Translations under genes and position numbers: made by a program | In this document: one piece after another, positions 1-11,859 of the stretch | Numbering within the stretch: position 1 is the first letter of the stretch | Layout of the letters: every line of letters starts with the position of its first letter | Notes under the pieces: generated by a model | Told to the model about the DNA's origin: nothing | Database searches by the model: none | What the model saw: only the letters and a program-made list of their open reading frames with translations | NCBI GenBank assembly: GCA_051313645.2 | Contig: JBNRSN020000003.1 | Span: forward strand, 19,964,001-20,028,000 | DNA length: 64,000 nucleotides | Origin: Centroscyllium fabricii | Taxonomy: Eukaryota | Direction of reading: 5' to 3'

Positions 1-369
1 GGGCATTCTTGATTTTCTCAAATTCGTGGAAAAACGCCGAATTCATCACGAATGTCCACGAATGCACTACGAATGCACTACGAATGCAATTCGTAGATAA
101 TTCGTAGCTAATTCGTAGAATTCGTAACTTAATCGTGGAGGTCGTAGTGGATTCGTAAATTAATTCTTCATATTCGTGAGTGATTCGTACCTCATTCCTA
201 CAATAATTCGTGATAGATTCTTAACCTTGTCCAGAATCGCCAAGAATTCACCAAGAATCGCCAAGAATCAACCACGAATTTTCGCATTTTTTGCAGAATC
301 GCCAAGAATTTCGATTCCTGACGATTCTTGATATTCTTGACATTCTTAGCCTCCAGTGAAACTGGGGCA
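1..369. mobile_element. Probable end of a non-autonomous DNA transposon (Harbinger-like), cut by the window edge
   Basis: Dense ACGAAT/ATTCGT and AAGAAT/ATTCTT motifs in both orientations, ending abruptly at CCAGTGAAACTGGGGCA followed by TAA. The other end is not visible. Confidence 0.5.
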
Positions 370-1393
370 TAAAGAAATAAGTGTAGGTAATATAATGTAA
401 CTTTAGTTTTAGGGTAATAAAACAGGGGTATTGAATTCATTTGCTACAGATAACAGCTGGGGAGGCTTTTTCTTCACCGGGTTTAGGGACTGTTATGTCA
501 GGAAGTCATAGAATCATAGCAACGTTCGACACAGCAAGAGGTCATTTGACCCATCATGCCGGCCGAAAAAGAGCTATCCAGCCCAATTCCACTTTCCAGC
601 TCTTGGTCCGCAGCCTCACAGGTTACGGCATTTCAGGTGCATCCAAATCTTGTTCAAGGGGAAGTAGTTTTGGGATAAACAGCTACAAGTGTTTACAGGA
701 TTTGGGAATAGATACGTCATACAGTCATATCGATGATATTTGACATCAAAGAAAACTACGATGTACAAAGGAGCAGGGTTTTTCAACAGTTTCGCAGAGG
801 TCTCGACAGATACAGAAATTGAAAAGCCACTCGCTGCACACAGTTAAGGTCAATCAGCTTTTACTGTGCATCAATGAAGTCTGTTCCGCACACCCCACTG
901 CGAAGTCTCGTGCTTACTCGAAATGTGTTGTTGTGAACCACAGGAGAAAGGAGGGTGACTGCCAACACATGGTAGGAACAAAATACTGGCCTTCAATATC
1001 AATAATTATTTGTTCTTTTAAAATATATCGATGTCAGATATTCAAAAACTGATATAAAGTCACGTGGCATCCAAGTGCAAATTGGCCCGCAAAAGCTAAA
1101 GAGCAAAAATAAATGTTTAAACTCCATAACAAGAATGAACTCTCACTCATGTACACTAAAAATTGTGAACAGACAATTAATTCCAGGAAAATTTGCATTC
1201 CGACTATTTTGAAAATAGTTTGTTTATCCCTTTTCAACTTGTTGCAACTATTTTTTGCTAATAGGGTGGCTGAAACAATTCTTATTTGCACACAGCTGGC
1301 CTCGCTGTCTTATTGTTCAAAATGATGAAACTGCTAACAAAGTGCAGTGTATTTGTTGTATCGAAGAGTGCAGCACAGGTTCGAACCTACTAA

Positions 1394-2125
1394 TTGGGAG
1401 AAGGGGAAGTGCAACGAGACCTGGGTGTCCTTGTGCACCAGTCGCTGAAGGTAAGCATGCAGATGCAGCAGGCGGTTAAGAAGGCAAATGGTATGTTGGC
1501 TTTCATAGCGAGAGGGTTTGAGTACAGGAGCAAGGATGTCTTGCTGCAGTTGTACAGGGCCTTGGTGAGACCACACCTTGAGTATTGTGTGCAGTTTTGG
1601 TCGCCTTATCTGAGGAAGGATATTCTTGCCATGGAGGGAGTGCAGCGAAGATTCACCAGACTGATACCCGAGATGGCAGGAATGACGTATGAGGAGAGAT
1701 TGGGTCGATTGGGCTTACACTCGGAGTTTAGAAAAATGAGAGTGGACCTCATTGAAACTTATAAAATTCGAACAGGACTAGACAGACTAGGTGCGGGAAG
1801 GATGTTCCCGATGGCCGGGGAGTCCAGAACCTGGGGTCACAGTCTCAGGATAAGGGGTAAGCCATTTAGGACAGAGATAAGGAGGAATTTCTTCACCCAG
1901 AGAGTGGTGAGCCTGTGGAATTCTCTACCACAGAAGGCAGTAGAGGCCAATTCATTAAATATATTCAATAAGGAGCTGGATATATTTCTGAAGGCTAAAG
2001 GGATCAAGGGATATGGGGAGAAGACAGGGACAGGGTACTGAGTTCGGATGATCAGCCATGATCTTGTTAAATGGCGGAGCAGGCTCAAGAGGCCGAATGG
2101 CCGACTCATGCTCCTATCTTCTATA
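1394..2125 (+). mobile_element. CR1/HER1-like LINE, 5'-truncated
   Basis: ORF 1394..2041 is the CR1 ORF2 C-terminus (LVRPHLEYCVQFWSP...FFTQRVV.LWNSLP), followed by the 3' UTR hairpin and tail. Confidence 0.93.
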
Positions 2126-2384
2126 TGTTAATCTCAACAAAGTGAATTCCCAACATCTACGGTGCTCCCAAGGGAGAAGCAGAAAGTAATGCTGAGTGAG
2201 TTTCCGCTGGAGATTCGACAAGTGGCAGGGAAGGAATTTGTGTTTGAATCACTGGCTCATTCGCATATGTCCTTGGAACTATATCAGGACAAAGATATTG
2301 AGGGAGGTCAGGCAATATGTCGTTTTGCTGCCTTTCCATTCTCCAGGAACGGTGCCACAGTTGGGGTGGGGAACAAAAAACTAA

Positions 2385-3064
2385 GGGGGGGATTTCCCCG
2401 AAGGTCCGGGAACCTGGCGGGGATTGGTCAGGTCGGGGTTCTGTCCCGCCCGCCCAAGGGTCTGGAAACCCGACTCAATTTTCCATTAATTGCTCAATTA
2501 AATCCGCGTGTGCCATCAGAACCAATCAGAAAGGCCAAGTGCTTTGACTGACAGGTGGACGGGTAGGCTCCAAATCTTTGACAGCTAGGGAGCGTCTCTG
2601 AATGGATCTGTCAAGGTAAGGTTTTTAAGTGTTTTCTCCACAGCTGGTCTTCACCCAAGGGAGTCACTTACACCTCCAGGGTATTGAAGGCCTGGATAGC
2701 ATTCTGCTGTAGGTCCTTCAATACCTAAAGAAAGTGACCAAGGCCACTGTGCTCCTGCTGGGTTTTACCAGCGGGGTTTCAAGATGGCAGGGTTTGGGTG
2801 GGAAGGGCTGGAAAATAGGTGAGGGCCCTTAAAATGGCATTATCCAGACCAATTAAGGGCCCTCAATTACTTAAACGAGCAGCCCCGCCAGTGGCGGGCG
2901 GGAAAGTTTCGGGGCGGTAGGACACGCCGCCCGAAACTGACAAGCAGGTGGCGATCCGGCAAGGTGGTGGGGGGGGGGGGGGGGGAGCGGGACCACCTGG
3001 CTCCGCGATTTTAGGCCCCGCCCCGCCGGAAGGTCGCCCTCACGGACCAAGGAAAATCCCTCCC
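2385..3064. mobile_element. Harbinger-like non-autonomous DNA element
   Basis: Imperfect TIRs GGGGGGGATTTCC ... GGAAAATCCCTCCC, with GC-rich subterminal inverted motifs. Confidence 0.55.
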
Positions 3065-3263
3065 TCAGGTTCAGTCCACCGTTTTAAGGAACTGGACCTC
3101 CTACTTTCAGTTACACCATCCCGAAACAGAGTGCAAATGCTAGTTATCCTTGTGGTGGATGCCAAACTGACCACAAATATCTGTCCAAATGCAACGGTCA
3201 CTTTTCATTGCAGGCACAAGGAGAAAACCAGACACACTTAGCAAACCGTCCCGGAGGACATAC

Positions 3264-3323
3264 CTGTTCCCTTTGCTTTCTTTCTCGTTCAATCAGTTCC
3301 TGCTTTTTCTTCTTGGATGCTTC
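3264..3323 (-). CDS. NEK1: NEK1 coding exon (EASKKKKQELIERERKQREQ), coiled coil
   Basis: 60 nt, tttcag acceptor, gtatgt donor, phase 0/0. Resembles human [20 protein letters not shown]. Confidence 0.85.
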
Positions 3324-3843
3324 CTGAAAGAAAATGTAAAAGACGCCCGTCAACTTGATGCGGAGCGCAATGAGGACAGGTTGTGAATAGAATCAGAGGG
3401 ACAGGTTGAAAGAGTGCTCCCTGTGATAGTTATGCCTTTGAGCTGGAAAGAAAGAGAGAGGGGGGGGGGAAATATCACAAAGAAATAAAGGAGGAAAGGT
3501 TTGAAGGTTTCAGTTTTGTTTCACAGCACGAAGGGGAGAGGGGAAAATCTCTCTTCGAAACAATTGACTTGTGCAGGTTTAATTTGTACAAATATTCCTA
3601 AACATTAAGGGTGGTACGGCATTTAAGGGTGAGAGAATTTCTTCTGTTCTTTATCTGTAACTAAATCGTAAAGATGTGATGAAAAAGCATGGAGAGGAAA
3701 TTCCCCCTCAACAGGACTTGCTTGAAATTGTAGGACTTCCAAAACAACGAGGGCAGCTATAGTTACCAGGGCAAGTCTCTGACTCCCTCCATCGTCCAGG
3801 GAAATTCTCAACTGACTGCATTTTTTTTTTACACTAAATATAC

Positions 3844-3903
3844 CTCAAACATTTTCCTCCTTTCTTCCACTGCATTCAGTTTCTTCACTGGAGCAGGTTG
3901 AGC
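3844..3903 (-). CDS. NEK1: NEK1 coding exon (AQPAPVKKLNAVEERRKMFE)
   Basis: 60 nt, polypyrimidine tract plus tag acceptor, gt donor, phase 0/0. Resembles human [20 protein letters not shown]. Confidence 0.85.
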
Positions 3904-4051
3904 CTAGATAAAAAGTGAAACTGCAAATTAGATGGTTCAACTGCAAAAGTGAATGGTTAGCAGTGTACTACTGTTTCCTGTAACCGTCGCTAAAGGTGAA
4001 AAGGGGTGCTGGCAGGGGGAGGAGCCAGGGAGAAAGTATCAAGTCAACTTT

Positions 4052-4765
4052 AGGGGTGGCACGGTGGCATAGTGGTTATCACTGTTGCATCACAGCTCTG
4101 GAGACCCGGGCTAAAATCCGGCCTCGGGTGACTATCTGTGTGGAGTTTGCCCATTCTCCCCGTGTCTGCGTGGGTTTCCTCCGGGTGCTCCGGTTTCCTC
4201 CCACAGTCCAAAGATGTGCGGGTTAGGTTGATTGGCCAGGATAAATTGACCCTTCGTGTTAGGGGGATTGAATATGTGGGGTTACGGGGATAGGGTAAGT
4301 AAGTAAGTAAGTAAAAAATTTATTGTCACATGAATTGAACAGAAAATTCAACCAGTGAAATGCTTACTGCTATTTACACACGTGCTGTACATCAAACCGC
4401 GCAACAAAAGAACATTGAGATACACAGCACGCGCGAAACCCGCAAGACGTCAAGCCATTCTCCGGCGCCATTAATTGTGGGTTCGCTGATGCTCCGGCTC
4501 TCCAGTTCGACGTTGTATACCTTCCCTCATACCATCCACTGCAATGCACTGCTGAATTTGGAGTTTTGATGGTTACGGGACCAATCACAACTAGTCACAA
4601 TTGGGGTGGGATATGGGTCGGTGCAGTCTCGCTAGGGATATGGGGAGAGGGCAGGGGCAGGGGTGCTGGGTTTGGATGATCAGCCATGATCTCATTGAAT
4701 GGCGGGGCAGGCTCTAAGGGCCGAATGGCCTACTCCTGCTCCTATCTTGTATGTTTCTATGTTTC
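4052..4765 (+). mobile_element. HE1-type V-SINE interrupted by a short retroelement
   Basis: tRNA-like head with A/B boxes, V domain (GGAGTTTGC...GGGTTTCCTCCGGGTGCTCCGGTTTCCTCCCACAGTCCAAAGA) and CR1-derived tail, split at about 4295-4602. Confidence 0.9.
4295..4602 (-). mobile_element. Short non-coding retroelement with a Rex1-like 3' end and (TTAC)n tail
   Basis: Minus strand reads ...ATGGCGCCGG...AAGCATTTCACTG...CATGTGACAATAAA(TTAC)n. The host SINE resumes on both sides. Confidence 0.6.
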
Positions 4766-5445
4766 AACGCAAATCACACTTCATTTAAAAAAAATTAAGT
4801 GCGGTTTCAGTGTAGGCTTCAAATTACAGAACTGATTTTGAAAAAAATTAATCGGATAACGTAGGAAGAGGCCATTCAGCCCCTTGAGCTTGTTCCAATA
4901 TTCAATTAGATCAGAGCTGATCTTTATCTTAACTCCACCCACCCGCTTTGATTCCAGTTCCATCAATATCCAAACGGAACAAAACTCTATCAATCTCAGT
5001 TTTGAAATTTACAGCCTTTTGGTGGGGGCGGGGGGGGGGGAAAGAGACAACATTTGGGGGAAAACGTTGACTTCAACCTTTATTTTCCTTTCCTTTTTGA
5101 CGTTTGCTTCCACAAGGCACTCCATCCAGCAGCCCAGCAACACCGCTGAATAGGTTGTAAACTTTTACTCTGACAATTTCTCTGATTTCTTTAACAGCTC
5201 TCTTCTTGAATTAGATTCATCTTGTTGACTTTGTTCTGCTAAATATATCTATCGCACACAAATCAAAACTCAGCATTCAGCAACCGTCAGCTAAACAGTA
5301 AATAAAAGGGGAACCAATCCAATCACAAAGTTAGTTTTAGAAAATCCCCTCGGTCACCCGCTGGGGTTCTCACTGAGTTGAGGACTTACTTCTGGAAATG
5401 AAGGTTGTAACATGATGACGACATAGAATATTTACAAGATAATTG

Positions 5446-5919
5446 CAGGTCCAACACCGTTAATCCGGCACCGGCGGGACTAGGCCGGTGCCAGATTAGT
5501 GAAAAATCCAAACGGTTGAAGCTTCGGCAAGCGCATGTGCAGACCATTCAAAATGGCCGCCGTGAAGGCTGGCGGCCATTTTGAATAGTCTGCGCATGCG
5601 CTCGCCGAAGCATCAATCGTTCGGGGAGAGGCCCAGGCATGCGCAGCCAAGCGCGGCGGCCATTTTGCACATGCGCAGCCAAGCGCGGCAGCCATTTTGC
5701 ACACGCGCAGACCAGTCGGGCAGTGGCCTGGGCATGCGCAGCCAGGCGCGGCGGCCATTAGGCTCATGTGCAGACCAGTCTGGCAGTCGGGGAGAGGCCC
5801 GGGCATGCGCAGCCAGGCGCGGCAGCCATTTTGCGCATGCGCAGACCAGTCGGCTGGATTCGTTCCGGACGACTGAAGTTTCCGGATTATCGGTGTCCGG
5901 ATTAACGGTGCCGGACCTG
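5446..5919. mobile_element. Tigger/pogo-like MITE
   Basis: TIRs CAGGTCCAACACCGTTAATCCGG / CCGGATTAACGGTGCCGGACCTG, TA on the right flank, many GCGCATGCGC-like motifs inside. Confidence 0.85.
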
Positions 5920-5955
5920 TATTAAACTTACTTGTACATTTGCTGTGTGTGTAAT

Positions 5956-6656
5956 GGGCCAACATTTGCGATCGAAGGCTACCCGTGCGACTTGCAAAAC
6001 TTCTACGAAAGTACTTGGTGGCCCGGGAACAATGGCGGCTTGCGCTCCTGGCCCTCTCCGGGTCCACGCGGGCAGAGCCTATCCCGCGTGTCCTGGGGCG
6101 CCTGCGGTTCGTAGGCGCTCTTGGGGTCACGTGGGCTGGCCCAACCAATAAAAGCAGAGAATCCCCATTCATACTTTTGGCAGGTCCGTATGTACGGAAC
6201 TGTCAAAAGTATGAATGGGGATCACTTAAAAAATGCATCAATGCATGAAATTTTAAAAAAATTACATATTTAAAATTTAATTAAAATGCAATTTAAATAA
6301 ATATTTTAAACAAAAATTAATTTTTTTTCAAAACCAAATTAAATGCTTTTAACAGAGCTAAAAATAAATGTAACTTTTTGAAAATATTTTAAAGTTATAA
6401 ATGAGTGATAACATTTTATTTTTTACTTTTTTAAAAACTCTTATGCTGGTAAAAGCAGGCCTTACGTCTGCTTTTACCAGGCAGAAGAATTTGGCAGGCT
6501 TTCAGTGGGCGGAGGTTGTGCAAACAGCCCAACTCTCCACCCGCAGGGGCACTTTTCTTGGGCATGCGGAGGATCTGTCAAGAAAATTCTTGACAGATCG
6601 CAAGTGCCGAGTTTCAGCGCGTACGCGTCACACTTACGGGTCGCAGAATACGGCCC
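5956..6656. mobile_element. Harbinger/PHIS-like non-autonomous element
   Basis: Imperfect TIRs GGGCCAACATTTGCGA / TCGCAGAATACGGCCC, AAT on both flanks, long internal hairpin at about 6161-6220. Confidence 0.65.
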
Positions 6657-7231
6657 AATGTCTGAGGCGATGTTTTCCATCAGAGCTCTTTGTCTTTATG
6701 ATTAACTTAAAGACTGGCTGTTCACAAAGGATGCTAAGGCTTGCTGTTTGCAAACCCAGCCCGCCCACTCGCCCCGCCCCTCATGAAAAATTCTGCTGAT
6801 GAACTCCCTCCCCCAACCCTTCAGGAAGCCATTCTTAGGTTAAGAAAATCTTGATTTTTTTGTAAAAGACATAGAAAACCAAGATAAAACATGAACAATT
6901 TTTTCTAACATAATTTTGAAAGCAAAAAAGTGACCTTATACTGATGTATATAAACCTTAAACAGTGACTAAGAGTATACTTGCTGACCTCTTGCAAATAG
7001 TCGGAAAATACAGAGAGCACGCCAAACAGAGATACAACGGAGGAGAAACAACCTGCAAGTGGTAAAGTATCTGGCAATGATTTGGAGCAGGCTATTACAT
7101 CCTGTAATGCATTCTGAACAGTTATACTGTCATAGCTGCCTTATAGTTTGTTATGTTTGTTATGCAAACTAACACTCTAAACGGGTGGATAGTACAAGTA
7201 AAGATGTACAGCCCCATAGAGATAGAATCAG

Positions 7232-7650
7232 AACACAAGAACACATGAAATCGGAGCAGGAGTCGGCCATTGGGCCCTTCGAGCCTGTTCCGCCATTCAA
7301 TGAGATCATGGCTGATCTTCTGCATCAACTCCACTTGCCTGCACTATCCCCATATCCCTTCATTCAAAAATCTAGCAATCTCTGTCTTGAATATACTCAG
7401 CGACTGAGCCTCCACTGCCCTCTGTGGTAGAGAATTCCACAGGTTCACCACTCTCTGGGTGAAGAAATTCCCCCTCATCTCAGTCCTAAATAGCCGACCC
7501 CTTATTCTCAGACTGTGACCCCCAGTTCTGGACTCCCCCGCCCATCGGGAACATCGTTCCTTCCTCCAGTCTGTCCAGGCCTGACAGAATTTTATAGGTT
7601 TCGATGAGATCCTCTCTTAATCGTCTGAACTCCAGTGAGTATAAGCCCTG
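7232..7650 (-). mobile_element. CR1/HER1-like LINE 3' fragment
   Basis: Reverse complement of the CR1 ORF2 end and 3' UTR seen elsewhere in the window. Confidence 0.9.
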
Positions 7651-8029
7651 CTAATAATACCTGCTAATACAGGTATATTAAAATAATGGATTTGCTTCTT
7701 TGCACTTCAAACCATGTTAGTTAACATTGCAACAGAAGGCTATTCATCCCATCGGGCATGTTGTGCCATCTCTTTGTGAGAGCAATCGCAAACTAATTCT
7801 ACTTCCCTGCTCTCTCCTCATAGCCCTGTATCTTCATCTGCCCTTTCCTCCTCAGTACTGGTCCCTGCCTCGACTAATTCCTGTGACGAAGCATTCCATG
7901 CACCAACAACACACTCTCAACCCCTCAGTTACAATTTTAAATTGACAACTGCTCGTCACTGCTCCCCAACCAGAGAAACACACTTTCCTTATTCACCAGA
8001 TCCAAGCTTCACCCATAGTCGGGTTCGGC

Positions 8030-8156
8030 ACTATCGTGGCTATGTTTTACTGGACTAGTAATCGAGAGGCCCGGACCAATGATCAGGAGACGTGGGTTCA
8101 AATCCCACCACAGCAGCTGGGGAATTTAAATTCAGTTCATGGAATAAAAAGCTAAT
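8030..8156 (+). mobile_element. 5' fragment of the tRNA-derived SINE seen at 15227
   Basis: GGACTAGTAAT...GGGTTCAAATCCCACC...GCTGGGGAATTTAAATTC head shared with the copies at 15227 and 19125. Confidence 0.65.
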
Positions 8157-8268
8157 GGCCCAGAAATTAGGGCCGCAACGCGCGAGTTCGGACGGTGTAC
8201 TCACGCGCGCAGCCCTCAGAAGTGCTGGTTCTGTGCGTACACTGAGCATGCGCACAGAACCAGTACTT
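8157..8268. mobile_element. Terminal fragment of a Harbinger-like element
   Basis: AAT followed by GGCCCAGAAATTAGGG, nearly the same terminus as at 47880. Confidence 0.55.
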
Positions 8269-8809
8269 CCGGTGCCGGGCCTGGCTTCGTCAAGCGAAAA
8301 TTCCAAACGATTGACGCTTCGGCGAGTGCATGTGCAGACCACTTAAAATGGCCGCCGCAAAAGGCAGGCGGTCATTTTGAGTGGTCTGTGCATGCGCTTA
8401 TCGTTCGGGGAGGCCCGGCATCCTTCGGATTTTCTATAGCTCCTCAGTTTTGTGCTCTTTCGAATCCTCAATTAATCAAATATTATGAGTTCCAACTTTA
8501 AAGGTAGCTTTGTGCAACTATCACAACCTGCTGGGGACGGCTCGCGGAGGCTCGCAGAGCCCCGGCTCGGGGCGACTCGTGGAGGCTCAGGGCGGCTCGC
8601 GGAGCCCCGGCTGGGGGCGGCTCGCGGAGGCTCGGCTATTGTGAATGATCTGCGCATGCGCTTGCCGTTCGGCGGCGCATGCGCAGATCATTCGCTGAAG
8701 CATTAATTGCGGCGGCCATTTTGCGCATGCGCAGGGCAGTCGGGGCGATTTGTGCCGGACGTTCGAAGTTGCCGGCTTTTTGGGTAACGGATTAACGGTG
8801 TTCAACCTG
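8269..8809. mobile_element. Tigger-like MITE, left end missing
   Basis: Right TIR CGGATTAACGGTGTTCAACCTG plus TA. The interior is the reverse complement of the 38626-39252 copy. Confidence 0.8.
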
Positions 8810-9554
8810 TACCATTATTCAAGAAGGGTAGTAGGGATAAACCAGGGAATTACAGGTCAGTGAGCCTAACATCAGTGGTGGGGAAATTATTGGAAAAAAT
8901 TCAGAGCGATAGAATTAGTATTCACTTGGAGAGGCAAGGATTAATCAAGGATAGTCAGCATGGCTTTTTCAAGGGAAGATCATGTCTGACCAACTTGATT
9001 GAATTTTTCGAGGGGTGACTAGGCGTGCGGATGAGGGTAGTGCAGTGGATGTGGTATACTTGGATTTCAGTAAGGCTTTTAATAAAGTCCCGCATAGGAG
9101 ACTGGTAAAGAAGGTAAGAGCCCATGGGATCCAGGGCACCTTGGCACAGTGGATCCAAAACTGGCTTAGTGACAGGAGGCAGAGGGTGATGGTCGAAGGT
9201 TGTTTTTGTGACTGGAAGCATGTGTCCAGTGGGGTACCGCAGGGATCGGTGTTGGGTCCCTTGCTGTTTGTAGTCTACACCAATGACTTGGATATGAATG
9301 TAAAAAGTATGATCAGTAAGTTTGCTGCTGACACAAAAATTGGTGGGGTGGTAGATAGCGAGGAGGGAAGCCTCAGTCTGCAGGATGATATAGATGGGTT
9401 GGTCAGATGGGCGGAACAGTGGCAAATGGAATTTAATCCTGAAAAGTGTGAGGTGATGCATTTTGGTAGGTCTAACATGGCAAGGGAATACACCATGAAT
9501 GGTAGGACGCTAGGGAAGACAGAGGATCAGAGGGACCTTGGTTTGCAGGTACAT

Positions 9555-10147
9555 CAAATCAAATCAAATCAAATTCAATTTATTGTCATTGCATAGTGAA
9601 ACACAATACAACGAAATGCCTTCTTGCAAACTTCCCAAGAACGATGCAGATGTTAAAATGTCCATTGCTTCAAGTCCCAGACTGTTCAACTCCATGTTGG
9701 CCCTGGTGCTCCGACCACGCAGGCTCCGGCGCTCCGAACTCGCCGACCCCCGACGCCACGACCACCTCGGTGACCACGCAGGCACCGGCAGTCCGACTCT
9801 GCAGGCCCCAGTGCTCCGAACTCGCTGACCTCCGACGCTCCGACCTCGGTGACCACACAGGCACCGGCACTCTGTCTCTGCAGGCCCCAGTGCTCCGTAC
9901 TTGCCGACCTCCGGCGCTCCGACCTCGGTGACCACGCAGGCTCTGGCGCTCCGAACACACCGACCTCAGTGACCACGCAGGCTCCGGACACGATCCCAAG
10001 GCCCCTGCGCTCCGACCATGTCGGCCTCGGTGCATCCCCAATGCAAACATCCCGGCGCTCCAAGAAGTCCGTTGCACCGACCTCAGTGCACCACCACGCC
10101 GAACCCGCCATCCCTGCCGAGCGAACAGACCCAGGACTACCAGCGGA
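9555..10147 (-). mobile_element. Non-coding Rex1-tailed retroelement with internal GC-rich repeats, 5'-truncated
   Basis: Close reverse complement of 55955-56520. TGCAATGACAATAAA plus (ATTTG)n tail. Splits the CR1 sequence GGTACAT|AGGTCCC. Confidence 0.8.
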
Positions 10148-10507
10148 CAGGTCCCTGAAGGCAGCAGGACAGGTGGATAAGGTGGTTAAAAAGGCAAATG
10201 GGATACTTGCCTTCATTAGCCGAGGCATAGAATATAAGAGCAGGGAGGTTATGATGGAGCTGTACAAAACGCTGGTAAGGCCACAGCTGGAGTACTATGT
10301 GCAGTTCTGGGCACCACACTACAGGAAGGAGGTGATTGCCTTGGAGAGGGTGCAGAGGAGACTCACCAGGATGTTACCTGGGCTGGAGCGCTTCAGCTAT
10401 GAAGAGAGACTGGACAGGCTGGGGTTGTTTACTTTGGAACAGAGAAGGCTGAGGGGGGACCTGATTGAGGTGTACAAAATTATGAGGGGCATAGATAGGG
10501 TAGATAG

Positions 10508-10798
10508 TGACGTATCGTCAATACCTCAGATTAAAAGAGTCGACGAGTAGTTACCGAAACTAAAGGCTTTTAATCGCTAAGAACGGAGCTACCCTCCGGA
10601 ACGAACTTCTGTACAGGAATGAGGAGCCTCGGTCAGTTTCCACCTATAAAGGGCCTCACCTGGGGGAGGAGTTAGAGGTGTGGCTGACCTGGCTCCCAAC
10701 AGTATTACACAGTATACAGGGCTGTGCCTTACATCTGCACAGCCCATTATTGGCACAATAATTACAGTGGTAAACAACTATATACAAGGGTTACCACA
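10508..10798 (-). mobile_element. Solo LTR
   Basis: Minus strand TGTGGTAA...ATTAAA...ACGTCA. Flanks GATAG/GAGAG (4 of 5 match). The CR1 resumes across it. Confidence 0.75.
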
Positions 10799-11347
10799 GA
10801 GAGAAAGGAACTTTTTCCCTTAGTAGAGGTGTCACTAACCAGGGGGTATAGTTTCAAGGTAAGGGGCGGGAGGTTTAGAGCGGATTTGAGGCAAAACTTT
10901 TTCACTGTTGGAATCTGGAACTCACTGCCTGAAAGGGTGGTGGAGGCAGGAACCCTCACAACATTCAAGAAGCATTTAGATGAGCACTTGAAATGCCATA
11001 GCAGACAAGGCTACGGACCAAATGCAGAAAAATGGGATTAGAACAGACGGGGCTTGATGGGCAGCACGGACGCGATGGGCCGAAGGGCCTCTTTCTGTGC
11101 TGTATAACTCTGACTCTATGAAATGGCCGAGCGAGCCACTCAGTTGTTTTTAAGAAGGTGGCTTACCACCACCTTCTCCAGGGCATTAAATGCTGGCCTT
11201 GCCGGCGACGTTCACATCCAGTGAACGAACAAAAAAATAAATTTGATTCTTTTTAGAAATTTATGCCATTCACTGAACAAGTTCCACATTTTTTACCTGT
11301 ATGATTGTTTCTTTGAGGAGGATGAGCGCTATAATTGCTATGGAGTA

Positions 11348-11675
11348 CAGGTACACAATCCCTTATCCGCAACTCCTAAAAATCGAAAAGCTCCAAAAAC
11401 CGAAGTCCGGGGTTGCGCCAACATGATCATTTTTTTCTTAAATAAATTGAAGCTGCAGCAGAAAAAACACGTTCCTACCCCGATCACGTGCTGTTGATGC
11501 CGTGCTGAGGAAAAAAACGGCCGAGCTCCCGCTCCAGACGGCCGATCTCCCGCTCCCCGACTGCGAGCTAGGCCGCAAACAGGGAAATGCGCGGGGCCAA
11601 CTCTACAAACCATATTTATCTGAAAACCGAGACCCGCCTGGTCCCGAGGTTTTCGGATAAAGGGTTGTGTACCTG
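11348..11675. mobile_element. Tigger4/MER46-like MITE
   Basis: TIRs CAGGTACACAATCCCTTATCCG / CGGATAAAGGGTTGTGTACCTG, TA on both sides, subterminal CTGGTCCC motif. Confidence 0.85.
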
Positions 11676-11859
11676 TACTACCAACTCACAGAAGAGGCGC
11701 AGATTTAGATTTATTGATTGGTATTGAGGGACAGTTTACTTCTGCTGCCATTACAAATACTTAAACTGGTGATGGAATTAGGACAACATCATTGATTTTG
11801 TTACACAGTGCAGTAAACTCTTGTTTAAACGGCACTTAATCATCCGGAATTCTTTAATA

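Larger units (their letters stand above)
8812..11120 (+). mobile_element. CR1 LINE (second subfamily), RT region to 3' end, with two nested insertions
   Basis: ORFs 9015..9596, end of 9849..10550 and 10724..11041 (LDFSKAF, GVPQGSVLGP, KFAADTK). Interrupted at 9555-10147 and 10508-10798. Confidence 0.92.

Noticed and set aside
5075-5250. Purine-rich minus-strand stretch that looks like an extra NEK1 exon
   Set aside because: Every frame I tried hits a stop or lacks clean splice sites, and exons 16059-16207 and 3844-3903 already join in frame as in NEK1.
5480-6172. 230-aa minus-strand ORF
   Set aside because: It spans two unrelated adjacent non-autonomous elements and has no recognisable domain.
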